The notes under the pieces: model-generated
Told to the model about the DNA's origin: nothing
What the model saw: only the letters and a program-made list of their open reading frames with translations
Database searches by the model: none
In this document: positions 16,670 through 25,735 of the stretch, one piece after another
Numbering within the stretch: position 1 is the first letter of the stretch
How the letters are laid out: every line of letters begins with the position of its first letter
Position numbers and translations under genes: made by a program
NCBI GenBank assembly: GCA_023255765.1
Contig: JAGDVT010000033.1
Location: 1-33,322 of the forward strand
Direction of reading: 5' to 3'
Length of the DNA: 33,322 nt
Source of the DNA: Candidatus Paceibacter sp.
GTDB taxonomy: Bacteria > Patescibacteriota > Minisyncoccia > UBA6257 > HR35

Positions 16670-18738
16670 TTTTCGTGCAAAAGTAAATTCCTATTTCCTA
16701 TCTCTTCCCATAAATATTCAGTAATAAAAGGCATAAAAGGATGTAATAATTTTAAAGAATTAATAACAATCATTCTTAAGACTTCGGGATTATTTTTAGT
16801 ATCGCCTTTACAAGATTCTATATAAACATCACAAAAATGATTCCAAAAGAATTTGTATAGTCTTTTTAATGCATTTGAAAATTGAAAGTTTTCTATGTTT
16901 TTAGATACATATTTTAATGTTGAATTGAATGCTCTTATAATTTTCTTATCTTCACTGCTAAAGCCCTCTCTTTTTTTCATCTCTGGATATCTAATTAAAT
17001 AAAATCTTATTGCATTGTATATTTTGTTTGCAAATTTCATACCATTTTCAACATTAGTCTCGTCAAACCGTAAATCTTGTAAATTTGTAGTTTGCCATAT
17101 AAGTCCAAATCTTAATGCATCAGCACCATATTTTTCTATCAAATCTAATGGATCTATACCTGTACCAAGACTTTTCGACATTCTTTTGCCTTCTTTTGTA
17201 AGCACAGTCGGATGTATATAAACAAATTTAAATGGAGGTTTTTTCATAAAAAATATCCCTGAATAAATCATCCTTGCAATCCATAAATTTATAATATCTC
17301 TTGCAGAAAAAACTATATCAGCCGGATACCAATCTTTTTCTTTTTTAGTATATAAAATAGCAAAAGGCCACAAAGCAGAGGAAAACCAAGTGTCAAAAAC
17401 TTCCTCTGTTCTATACCATTGATTCTTTTTACAATATTTACATCTTTTGTTTGGTTTTTTAGTGCTTACTACATAACTATCTTCACAATTTTTACAATAC
17501 CAAACAGGCAAAACTTGCCCCCACCATATTTTTCTAGATATACACCAATCCCTTATATTTTTTAACCAATCAAAATATATTTTTTTAAACCTATTTGGAA
17601 TAATATAAACTTTCCTGGTTTTGACAGCATCCTTAGCTATTTTAGCCAACTCTGTCATCTTTAAGAACCATTCTTTAGATGGAATCACTTGAAGTTCTGT
17701 TTGGCATCTATAACATATAGGTACATTATGCTTAATATCTTCTTCTTTTTCAAGCAAGCCTTTTTGTTTTAAAATGCTTAAGATTTTTTCTCTTGCTGTT
17801 AGATAATCCATATTTTCAAATTCAGGAACATTTACAATTTTTGCATCTTCATCTATTACTTTTATCATTTCTAAATTATGCCTTACTCCTATTTCATAAT
17901 CAACTATACTATGAGCAGGAGTCACTTTTACTACTCCTGTACCAAATTTAGGATCAACCTTTATATCTGTAATAATTAATAGTTCTCTATTTAATATAGG
18001 TAAAATAGCAATTCTTCCAATATATTTGGTGTACCTTTGATCATTAGGATTAACAGCTAAGGCAACATCTCCTAACATTGTTTCTGGTCTAGTTGTAGCT
18101 ACAGTTAAATATTCATCGCTGTCTTTTATAGGATATTTAATATAATAAATTTTTCCTTCTTTTTCAATATACTCTATTTCTAAATCAGACAAGCTAGTTT
18201 TACATCTTGGACAAAAGTTAATTGCTCTATAATCTCTATACACCCATCCTTTTTTGTAATATTCAATAAAAGCCCTTTCAACCCATTTCACATACTCTTT
18301 ATCCATAGTAAATCTAGTTCTAGACCAATCAGGAGAAATGCCTAATTTTTTAAATTGTTCTAATATTATATTTCCATATTTTTCCTTCCATTCCCAAACC
18401 CTTTTAATAAATTTCTCTCTTCCTAAATCGAATCTAGTTAAACCTTCTTTTTTTAATTCTTTTTCAACAACATTTTGCGTTGCAATTCCCGCATGATCTA
18501 ATCCAGGTATCCATATTATTTTATAATCATTCATCCTTTTATATCTTATTAGTACATCAAGTAAGGTATTTTGCAAAGAATGGCCCATATGCAAACTTCC
18601 GGTTACATTAGGTGGAGCCATTAATGCAATAAAATTTTTTGTACCCTTATGTTTTTCAACACTTAAATAGGGAAGCCATTTCTTATAAATTCTATCTTCT
18701 ATATTTTTTGGGTCATATTTTGTTGGTAAAACCTTCAT
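16651..18738 (-). CDS. valS: Valine--tRNA ligase (short form, 695 aa)
   Basis: PPNVTGSLHMGH, DHAGIATQ, ATTRPETMLGD, WCISR, DTWFSSALWP, RMSKS. Confidence 0.96.
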   Translation of the reverse strand: MKVLPTKYDPKNIEDRIYKKWLPYLSVEKHKGTKNFIALMAPPNVTGSLHMGHSLQNTLLDVLIRYKRMNDYKIIWIPGLDHAGIATQNVVEKELKKEGLTRFDLGREKFIKRVWEWKEKYGNIILEQFKKLGISPDWSRTRFTMDKEYVKWVERAFIEYYKKGWVYRDYRAINFCPRCKTSLSDLEIEYIEKEGKIYYIKYPIKDSDEYLTVATTRPETMLGDVALAVNPNDQRYTKYIGRIAILPILNRELLIITDIKVDPKFGTGVVKVTPAHSIVDYEIGVRHNLEMIKVIDEDAKIVNVPEFENMDYLTAREKILSILKQKGLLEKEEDIKHNVPICYRCQTELQVIPSKEWFLKMTELAKIAKDAVKTRKVYIIPNRFKKIYFDWLKNIRDWCISRKIWWGQVLPVWYCKNCEDSYVVSTKKPNKRCKYCKKNQWYRTEEVFDTWFSSALWPFAILYTKKEKDWYPADIVFSARDIINLWIARMIYSGIFFMKKPPFKFVYIHPTVLTKEGKRMSKSLGTGIDPLDLIEKYGADALRFGLIWQTTNLQDLRFDETNVENGMKFANKIYNAIRFYLIRYPEMKKREGFSSEDKKIIRAFNSTLKYVSKNIENFQFSNALKRLYKFFWNHFCDVYIESCKGDTKNNPEVLRMIVINSLKLLHPFMPFITEYLWEEIGNRNLLLHEKWPQQI

Positions 18739-18746
18739 ATTTTAAA

Positions 18747-18755
18747 ATTATAACA
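18747..18755 (-). promoter_or_regulatory. Putative extended -10 promoter for valS
   Basis: TGTTATAAT (TGn-TATAAT) ends 8 nt before the valS ATG. Confidence 0.5.
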
Positions 18756-18778
18756 AATAAACAAAAATTTAATTTTAA

Positions 18779-19570
18779 ATGAATGGCTATTTTAGAAAGG
18801 AATTTTTAGATAAAAGATATTATGGAGAAATAATTAAAAGAACTGATGGTATTATTTTAACTAAAAATTATAAAGAAGGCGAACGTGTAATTATAGAAAA
18901 ATTGATTTTTAAAGATAAAAATGGGGAAAAGTTAGATATAACAAGATTTTTGCCAGAGGGGTGGAAATTTGTTAAAAATAAAGAATTTTCTGCAAATAGA
19001 GAAAACAAAGAAATTAAATTGGGTAATTTAAAAGAAGTCGGAGCATTATTTACGATATTTCATGAAATAGGGCATGCTATATCTTATGAAAATAATATTG
19101 AAGATCCTAAAAAAATTTTAGAAGAATATACTCATAATTTAGAAAATAGACAGCTAACAAAAGAAGACATAATAAAAAGAGGAGAAAAAATAGAAGACTA
19201 TGAAGAAATACTAGTTTATGATCCTTATGGTAAGAGTGTGGGATTTGACAGAGATGAGCCGTTCTTTACCATGTTAGTTCCTAAAAAAGTTATAAAAAAT
19301 TACGGAGAAGCACTAGCTAAATTAGAAAGAAATGCGTGGGCTTATGCTTTAAATCAAATTAGAAATTTAAGAAATAAAGGAATAATAATTGAAAATGAAT
19401 TACCAACCTTAGAAAAGCTTGTAAATTTTATTTATTCTTGTCTATTAACATATGAAGAAGATTTCAAGAAAAGATATAAAGATCCAACTCCCTATTTTAC
19501 TAAAGGTAAGAAGTTTGAAAAAATAGAAGAATTATTTAAAAATTGGGCGGGAGAGGAATCGAACCTCTGA
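18779..19570 (+). CDS. Putative zinc metallopeptidase (HExxH; ImmA/IrrE-like motif pattern)
   Basis: LFTIFHEIGH plus downstream ERNAWAYA; no signal peptide; the stop codon lies within the antisense of tRNA-Val. Confidence 0.6.
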   Translation: MNGYFRKEFLDKRYYGEIIKRTDGIILTKNYKEGERVIIEKLIFKDKNGEKLDITRFLPEGWKFVKNKEFSANRENKEIKLGNLKEVGALFTIFHEIGHAISYENNIEDPKKILEEYTHNLENRQLTKEDIIKRGEKIEDYEEILVYDPYGKSVGFDRDEPFFTMLVPKKVIKNYGEALAKLERNAWAYALNQIRNLRNKGIIIENELPTLEKLVNFIYSCLLTYEEDFKKRYKDPTPYFTKGKKFEKIEELFKNWAGEESNL

Positions 19571-19615
19571 CCTTCTCGTTGTAAGCGAGACGCTCTACCA
19601 CTGAGCTACCCGCCC
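19544..19615 (-). tRNA. tRNA-Val(UAC), CCA not encoded
   Basis: Cloverleaf: GGGCGGG TA GCTC AGTGGTA GAGC G TCTCG CT-TAC-AA CGAGA AGGTC AGAGG TTCGATT CCTCT CCCGCCC A. Confidence 0.95.
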
Positions 19616-20712
19616 ATATATTCTGAAATTATCCCCACCCCTATCCCTAAAATTAAAATTATCATTAAAATTATAATCAAGAATTTCGGTATTTTAAAAT
19701 ATTGATATTCTTTAAGACGGAAGTAACATAGAAGCAATATGAAAAGATTGAATCCCAAAAATATACTACCTATCAGGCTAACTAGTTTAGCAATATCCGC
19801 CAAGTTTAAAAATGTTAATATTAAAACAAAAAAGGAAACAATTAACCAAGAATAAATATGCTTTATTTTATAATCAAATTGAAGACCTCTTTTTAAATAA
19901 AAAGCCAAAGCTATAAATGTAGTAAAAATATTTAAGATAGCTAATATTGCAACTGAAATAGGTATAATTTTATTGTCAATGTTTTTTAAATTTTCTAATA
20001 TAGTAGGAGAAACATTTTTGCCAAAAACACCATAAATAGAAGCTGTAAATATTAAATATAGAAGAGAAATCAAAAAAATAGAAATCAAATTAATTATTAA
20101 CATTTTATTCTTATTTTTTCCTATTAAGTCGTAAACCATTTGCAAAGAAGAATAACCTGTAAATGCAAAAACTAATATACCATAACTTAGCCAAGGGTTT
20201 AAAAATTCTATTTTGAAATTAGAAAATTCTATCTTAGGCAAAAAATAAAATCCTAAAAATAAAAAAATGAGAACCATCAAAAGACCGAGTAAAAATTCAA
20301 CTTTAGCAAAAGGATTTGTTGAAAAGAAAATTATTAATATTACTAATAAAGCATAAAAAATTTTTATAAATAAATCATTATCTATCGGTATCAAAATTTT
20401 AGTAAAATTCGATAAAGCTAAGTAATAACTAATAAAAACCAGTAGATTCCCTATAAAATCAATGATCCAGACTATATTTTTATAATTTTTCCCTAAAATT
20501 TTTTCTGCTAATCCAGGTAGATTATGCTTTTCTTCGACTTGGAAAATTATTTCACTATAAGATAAATGAACTAAGAACATCAAAATAGGTACAATTAAAA
20601 ACCAAATCCAAAAATAAATTCCAGATTTAGATAAAGCATATGGCAAGATAAAAATACCCAAACCTATTATTGTACTTGCAATTAAAAATATACTATAAAT
20701 GATCTTGTTCAT
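19606..20712 (-). CDS. Amino acid permease (aromatic amino acid/HAAAP-like family)
   Basis: STIIGLGIFILPYA...G, YGILVFAF.G, about 11 TM segments. ATG at 20712 preferred over TTG at 20733. Confidence 0.8.
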   Translation of the reverse strand: MNKIIYSIFLIASTIIGLGIFILPYALSKSGIYFWIWFLIVPILMFLVHLSYSEIIFQVEEKHNLPGLAEKILGKNYKNIVWIIDFIGNLLVFISYYLALSNFTKILIPIDNDLFIKIFYALLVILIIFFSTNPFAKVEFLLGLLMVLIFLFLGFYFLPKIEFSNFKIEFLNPWLSYGILVFAFTGYSSLQMVYDLIGKNKNKMLIINLISIFLISLLYLIFTASIYGVFGKNVSPTILENLKNIDNKIIPISVAILAILNIFTTFIALAFYLKRGLQFDYKIKHIYSWLIVSFFVLILTFLNLADIAKLVSLIGSIFLGFNLFILLLCYFRLKEYQYFKIPKFLIIILMIILILGIGVGIISEYMGG

Positions 20713-21115
20713 CTTTTCTAATTTTATTTTCAATAAAAGGCAATATAGATAATACTAAAATTACTAAAATAGTGGTAACAAAAGCTTCTAAATAAAAGCC
20801 TTGACCAACAGCAGCTCCTATTGCGGCAGTAACCCATAAAGCAGCTGCAGTTGTTGCGCCCCAAATTCTTTCTTTTTCAAAAAATATAATTCCACCACCT
20901 AAAAATCCTATACCTAAAATAATATTAGCTAAAATTCTAGAAGATGGATCAATCCCGAATTTGGTTGCAATTATAGAAAAAAGCGTAGCACCTAAACTAA
21001 CTAATGCAAATGTTCTTAAACCAATGTACTTTTTTAAAAAACTTCTTTCAGCACCTATTAATGCTCCTAAAGATGTTCCTAAAAACAATCTATATATAAT
21101 TTCTATATAATCCAT
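20693..21115 (-). CDS. MgtC/SapB family protein (membrane domain only)
   Basis: IGAER...GLRTFALVSLG...GIGFLGGG...TTAAALWVTAAIG. Confidence 0.92.
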   Translation of the reverse strand: MDYIEIIYRLFLGTSLGALIGAERSFLKKYIGLRTFALVSLGATLFSIIATKFGIDPSSRILANIILGIGFLGGGIIFFEKERIWGATTAAALWVTAAIGAAVGQGFYLEAFVTTILVILVLSILPFIENKIRKDEQDHL

Positions 21116-21117
21116 TT

Positions 21118-21648
21118 TTAAATAAGTTCAATTAATTTATTAATCAAATTTTTAGGATCTGGTTCCCAAATTATTTTATTATGCTCCTTTTTTGCTTCTT
21201 CTATAATATGTCTCATATATTTTTCTTCTCCCCCAGAACCAGTTAAAATTCCCATAGGTTTCTTTTCCTCGTACGCTATAATAAATTCGTTTAAAGTTCC
21301 AGTTCTTCCACATATAAAAATTACTGCATCACCTGATCTTACTAAAATTAAATTTCTACCCGAATGGTTTAACCCTGTATAAAAAATTATATGATGATAA
21401 TCAGTTGGTAATTCATAAACTTTTATATGCTCATCTTCATTTAAAGCAGGTGAGAAACCTATTACATAACCACCATTTTCATAAGCACCTTTTGCAGCCC
21501 AAAAAGGTGCGCCTGTAGTAGCTCCTGTTAAAGTTATTATATTTCTTTCTGCTAATTCTTTGCCAATCTCATAAGCTAATTCATTAATATTACTTGAGCA
21601 AAAAGCTGTATCTGCTGCACCAGAAATTGCTATTTTAATTTGTCTCAT
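21118..21648 (-). CDS. LOG/SLOG family Rossmann-fold nucleotide-binding protein
   Basis: AYEIGKELA...TG...AAKGA...GG.VIG.SP...RN...SGDAVI...GTLNE. Confidence 0.85.
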   Translation of the reverse strand: MRQIKIAISGAADTAFCSSNINELAYEIGKELAERNIITLTGATTGAPFWAAKGAYENGGYVIGFSPALNEDEHIKVYELPTDYHHIIFYTGLNHSGRNLILVRSGDAVIFICGRTGTLNEFIIAYEEKKPMGILTGSGGEEKYMRHIIEEAKKEHNKIIWEPDPKNLINKLIELI

Positions 21649-21649
21649 T

Positions 21650-21841
21650 TTAATAATTTAAATATTTTTTAATTAAATCATCCTCAAAGTCTTTGAAATT
21701 TCTTTTATTCCTTATAAGATCTCTGGGTTTTTTTGCAAGAAAATGATTTACACCAGAAACTCTTCTTAACAATCTTTTATTTTTTGTGATTTTAATTCTT
21801 TTTAAAACAGATTTTCTAGTTTTACCTGGAGCCATTTTCAT
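21650..21841 (-). CDS. rpmI: 50S ribosomal protein L35
   Basis: KTRKSVLKRIKIT...NHFLAKK; directly downstream of infC. Start is 21841 or 21835. Confidence 0.85.
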   Translation of the reverse strand: MKMAPGKTRKSVLKRIKITKNKRLLRRVSGVNHFLAKKPRDLIRNKRNFKDFEDDLIKKYLNY

Positions 21842-22323
21842 TTTTTGTAAATAGTAATTACTAAATTATTCCCAATTTTCTTTAGATCATTTGTAATTTT
21901 AATTGGCATTTCTATCATTTCTAAGAATTTCTTTAATTTTGCTTCAGCCAAATCTATATGTAAAACTTGTCTTCCTTTTAAAATCATTCTTATTCTAATT
22001 TGATTACCTTCTTTCAAAAACTCTTCTATTTGCTTTGCTTTCCTCTTCAAATCACCTTCAGCTTCCTGGAAACTTATCCTGATTTCCTTAAGTTCACTTG
22101 TTTCCCTTTTTTGTTTTTTCTTTAGCTGATATAAAAATTTTTTGTAATCTCCTAATTTAACAACTGGCGGATCACTTTTTTCTGAAATTAAAATAAGACC
22201 AGTATTATTTTTTTTAGCAATTTCTCTTGCTTCTTCTAAATATAATATGCCAATCTGTTTACCTTCTTCTGAAATTAATCTTACCTTTTTTCCTTTAATA
22301 TTTTCTAATCTTGGATCAAACAG
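21838..22323 (-). CDS. infC: Translation initiation factor IF-3 (non-canonical start, probably CTG)
   Basis: The track shows only the last 70 aa. The frame is open upstream to a TAA at 22335-22333 and reads LFDPRLENIKGKKVRLISEEGKQIGIL...DPPVVKLGDYKKFLYQ...LKEIRIS, which is the IF3 N-domain and linker. Confidence 0.88.
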   Translation of the reverse strand: MFDPRLENIKGKKVRLISEEGKQIGILYLEEAREIAKKNNTGLILISEKSDPPVVKLGDYKKFLYQLKKKQKRETSELKEIRISFQEAEGDLKRKAKQIEEFLKEGNQIRIRMILKGRQVLHIDLAEAKLKKFLEMIEMPIKITNDLKKIGNNLVITIYKK

Positions 22324-22352
22324 TTTTCTATATTATTTTACTATAATTTCGA

Positions 22353-22826
22353 CTATAATAAATGATCTGCGATTTTACTTGCAGCATATGCTTCAGGCTT
22401 AATTTTAACTTCAAATCCATAGCCTTTAATTAAATTAATAATCTCTTTTACAACGCTTTTACTTTTTCCATTTGTGCTTAAATCTAAATGTAACTCAAAT
22501 TCAAAATTTAGTTCTTCTTTTACTAGCACATCAAGGATTTCTTTGCTGATTTCTAGACTTATATTAGCTTCTTGCCATAATCTGCTATATATATCCATTT
22601 TTTTATCTGTAGAAACTCTTTTCCAAAAATATCTAGCACCGTATCCAACCCTATGAACAACTATTACAGAAATAAAATCAACTCTATCATCATAATTTTC
22701 TGAATCTGTACCAACTAGTATCTTATATTTATATCTTCCATCAGCTAATATAAAATTCTTTATTTCATTGATTAACAATTCTTTGGTTAAATTTTTACCA
22801 TATGCTGTTTTAAACCCCTTAAGCAT
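22353..22826 (-). CDS. Ribonuclease H-like YkuK (DUF458) family protein
   Basis: VGTDS...VVHRVGYGARYF...RLWQEA..S...ELHLD...IKPEAYAASKIAD. Confidence 0.88.
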   Translation of the reverse strand: MLKGFKTAYGKNLTKELLINEIKNFILADGRYKYKILVGTDSENYDDRVDFISVIVVHRVGYGARYFWKRVSTDKKMDIYSRLWQEANISLEISKEILDVLVKEELNFEFELHLDLSTNGKSKSVVKEIINLIKGYGFEVKIKPEAYAASKIADHLL

Positions 22827-22828
22827 TA

Positions 22829-23800
22829 TTATTTAATTTTATAAAATTCTTCGTAAAATTCATACAATATAACCATCATAGGTAAAATAGCTAGAATACC
22901 CAATACCCCTCCTATTTTAGCTCCTATTAATATGCTTATTAATGTAATAACAGGTTTGATTTTTAATGCTGTTTTAGCTACTAATGGTACTAATATATTA
23001 TTTTCTAATTGTTGAATAATAATAAAACCTATTAATACCCACAATATTTTATTTGGATCATGAGATAAAGTCAAAATAATAGCAACAGTAGCCCCTATTA
23101 TTGGACCTATTATAGGTATAATTTCAGTAATACCAGCTATAAGACCAATAAGACCTGCATAAGGTAAGCGCAAGAAAAATATTAACAGATAACTCGATAA
23201 ACCAATTGAAAACATAAGAAATATTTGAGCAGCTAGCCAAGATGATAATTTTTTCTTAATTTTGTTAAAAAGTTTCAAATATAAGTCCTCTTTTTCTTTT
23301 GAAAAAAACCTAAAAAAGTCAGGAATAAAATTTGGTTGTGTTGCTATATAAAAAGACAAAACCAAAACAAGTATGATATTAAAAAGCCCGCCTATAAAAT
23401 TTAAAACTGATTTTGTTGTATTAAAAACAAATTCTGGTGTAGGAGTTTTCGAAAAAGCTTTAAAATAATCAGAAAGCCATTTTAATCCTAAATTTTCTAT
23501 ATAATCTTGAATATTAGGTAATATATTTTTAATTTCTAAAATAATAATTGGAGCAAGTAGGTACAAAGATATAACAAAAATTAATGAAAAAAATAAATAA
23601 ATTAAAGGAATGCTTAAATAGAAGGGAATTTTGAATCTTTGTTTTATATAAATGCCCCATTGTTGGATAGCTAAACCAAAAACTGCAGAAATAAAAACAA
23701 TAAACAAAATTTCTTTTAAATACCAAAGAGATACAAATATCAAAGGTATTAACCAAAAAATAATAAATTTTTTAATATCTATCTCACCAAAGAGATTCAT
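22829..23800 (-). CDS. AI-2E family transporter (PerM-like)
   Basis: LPYA...EIIPIIGP...IQQLENNILVP...GGVLGILAILP. Confidence 0.9.
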   Translation of the reverse strand: MNLFGEIDIKKFIIFWLIPLIFVSLWYLKEILFIVFISAVFGLAIQQWGIYIKQRFKIPFYLSIPLIYLFFSLIFVISLYLLAPIIILEIKNILPNIQDYIENLGLKWLSDYFKAFSKTPTPEFVFNTTKSVLNFIGGLFNIILVLVLSFYIATQPNFIPDFFRFFSKEKEDLYLKLFNKIKKKLSSWLAAQIFLMFSIGLSSYLLIFFLRLPYAGLIGLIAGITEIIPIIGPIIGATVAIILTLSHDPNKILWVLIGFIIIQQLENNILVPLVAKTALKIKPVITLISILIGAKIGGVLGILAILPMMVILYEFYEEFYKIK

Positions 23801-23810
23801 AATTCAAAAA

Positions 23811-25103
23811 TTATAAATATTTTTTAAAAATATCAAAAATTTTAATTTTACTATATTCAGGAGGAACTAAAATAGCAAATTTCAAATTGTTCCAACTAAT
23901 TAACCTTTTTAATTCCCTTTTTATTTGCTCTTCATTTACTTTATTAATTTTTTCTATGTACTCTTTAGGAGAAATAAATTTATTAAATAAAATATAATTT
24001 ATGCCATACAAATAAGCCATATTTAGAGATGATTCTGCACTAGAAAGTATAGTTGTTTTTAATATAGCTTTAGCTTTTTCAATTTCATCATCACTAATTT
24101 TAGTTGATTTTAATGAATTTAGTTCTTCTAATAATCTTTTAATTGTTATTTCAATCTTTGGCAACGAAGAGCCGGTTTGAATATATAAATAACCCCTATC
24201 TGTATAAGAATCTAAATCAACTTTTATATAATAAGTAATTCCTAATTCCTCTCTTAAAATTCTAAATATTCTTGAACTAAAACCATAACCCAATAAACTT
24301 GTTAATACTCTCAACGGATATCTACGATCTTTTAGTTTTTTAATACCATCTGTTATAAACAATAATAATAGATGTGCCTGCTTAAGTTCTTTTTTGTTAA
24401 TTATCTTGCCTTTAGTTTTAGGTATTTTTTGATAATTTAAATTATTTTTAAATGGGCTTTTATTTTTATTATATTTCTCAAATAAATTTTCTAATATCCT
24501 GATAATTTTATTTTCATTAAAATTGCCTACTAAAACTAAATATGAATTATTTACAGTATAATGGTTTTTAAAATAATTTAAAATATCATTTCTACTGAAA
24601 GCTTCTAGATTCTTTTTGGTACCTAAAATAGACCATCCTGCAGGTTGATCTCCAAAGGTGATTTTTAAAACTTCATCAAATATAAAAGAAGTAGGAGTAT
24701 CCATATGAAAATTAATTTCTTCCAAAACAACATTTCTTTCCTTTTCTATTTCATCTTCAGGAAATAATGGATTACAAAGAATATCAGCTAATATTTGTAT
24801 AGCTCTTTCGAAATATTCAGGCAGAGTTTTAATAAAATATCCAGTATATTCATAGGAAGTAAAAGCATTGTAATCTGCACCTATTTTATCAAGTTCTAAG
24901 CCTAAAATTTTAGAATCTGGAAATTGTTTGCTGCCTTTAAAAAATAAATGTTCTATAAAATGCGAAATTCCATTATTTTTTTTATTTTCATAATCAGTAC
25001 CTGTTTTAACTAAAGCTAATATTGAATTTGTAATAAGTTCATCTGATTTGTAAAGAATTACTTTAAGTTTATTTTTAAGAGCTACTAACTTGGGCAGTTT
25101 CAT
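23811..25103 (-). CDS. M16 (pitrilysin/insulinase) family zinc peptidase
   Basis: GISHFIEHLFFKG (HxxEH), NAFTS, ERNVVLEE, SSRIFRILREELG. Confidence 0.92.
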   Translation of the reverse strand: MKLPKLVALKNKLKVILYKSDELITNSILALVKTGTDYENKKNNGISHFIEHLFFKGSKQFPDSKILGLELDKIGADYNAFTSYEYTGYFIKTLPEYFERAIQILADILCNPLFPEDEIEKERNVVLEEINFHMDTPTSFIFDEVLKITFGDQPAGWSILGTKKNLEAFSRNDILNYFKNHYTVNNSYLVLVGNFNENKIIRILENLFEKYNKNKSPFKNNLNYQKIPKTKGKIINKKELKQAHLLLLFITDGIKKLKDRRYPLRVLTSLLGYGFSSRIFRILREELGITYYIKVDLDSYTDRGYLYIQTGSSLPKIEITIKRLLEELNSLKSTKISDDEIEKAKAILKTTILSSAESSLNMAYLYGINYILFNKFISPKEYIEKINKVNEEQIKRELKRLISWNNLKFAILVPPEYSKIKIFDIFKKYL

Positions 25104-25380
25104 TTTCTTTGTTTTTATTCTTTATAGGGATAGGCCTTTTTTTACCTTTAATAATTCCCTTTTTAATTAATAAATTCCAAACAGAATCTGAAACCTGTGC
25201 TCCATTTTTTAAATAAAATTCAATACTTTCTTTATCAAATTCACCCACCTTTTTTCTTGGATCCCACCAACCCAATTTTGCTATATATTTACCATGCAAT
25301 TTACTCCTTTTTTCTTGAAGCACTATTCTAAAGATTTTTTGATGTTTTTTGCCAACAGGTTGAAATCTTATGACTAACAT
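25075..25380 (-). CDS. rpsP: 30S ribosomal protein S16
   Basis: MLVIRFQPVGKKHQ..FRIV...LGWWDP...NGAQVSDSV; ATG at 25380 preferred. Confidence 0.92.
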   Translation of the reverse strand: MLVIRFQPVGKKHQKIFRIVLQEKRSKLHGKYIAKLGWWDPRKKVGEFDKESIEFYLKNGAQVSDSVWNLLIKKGIIKGKKRPIPIKNKNKENETAQVSSS

Positions 25381-25384
25381 ATTT

Positions 25385-25735
25385 TTATACAAATTCAATA
25401 ATACTTAATTCTGCTCCATCGCTTTTTCTTCTTAAGGGTAATTTTATAACTCTTGTATAACCTCCATTTCTTTCTTTATATCTGGGTGCTATTTCATAAA
25501 ATAATTTATAAGCAGATTTTTTCGGTAATTTACTAAGCAATCTTCTTAAAGCTGCTAAGTTTTGTTTTTTAGCAATTGTAATCATTTTTTCTATAATTCT
25601 TTTCAAATATTTTGCCTTTTCGGTAGTAGTTTTAATTTTTTCTTTCATAATAAGATGATGGGCCATATTTCTAAACAAAGCCTTTCTTTGGTCTTTTTTT
25701 CTATGAAATTTTTTTGTTTTAACTAGATGCTTCAT
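25385..25735 (-). CDS. rplQ: 50S ribosomal protein L17
   Basis: RKALFRN...IKTTTEKAK...RNGGYTRVIK...DGA. Confidence 0.96.
   Translation of the reverse strand: MKHLVKTKKFHRKKDQRKALFRNMAHHLIMKEKIKTTTEKAKYLKRIIEKMITIAKKQNLAALRRLLSKLPKKSAYKLFYEIAPRYKERNGGYTRVIKLPLRRKSDGAELSIIEFV

Noticed and set aside
18739..18778. attR-like duplicate of the tRNA-Val 3' end bounding the HExxH gene
   Set aside because: The spacer is nearly pure A/T with no copy of the tRNA sequence.
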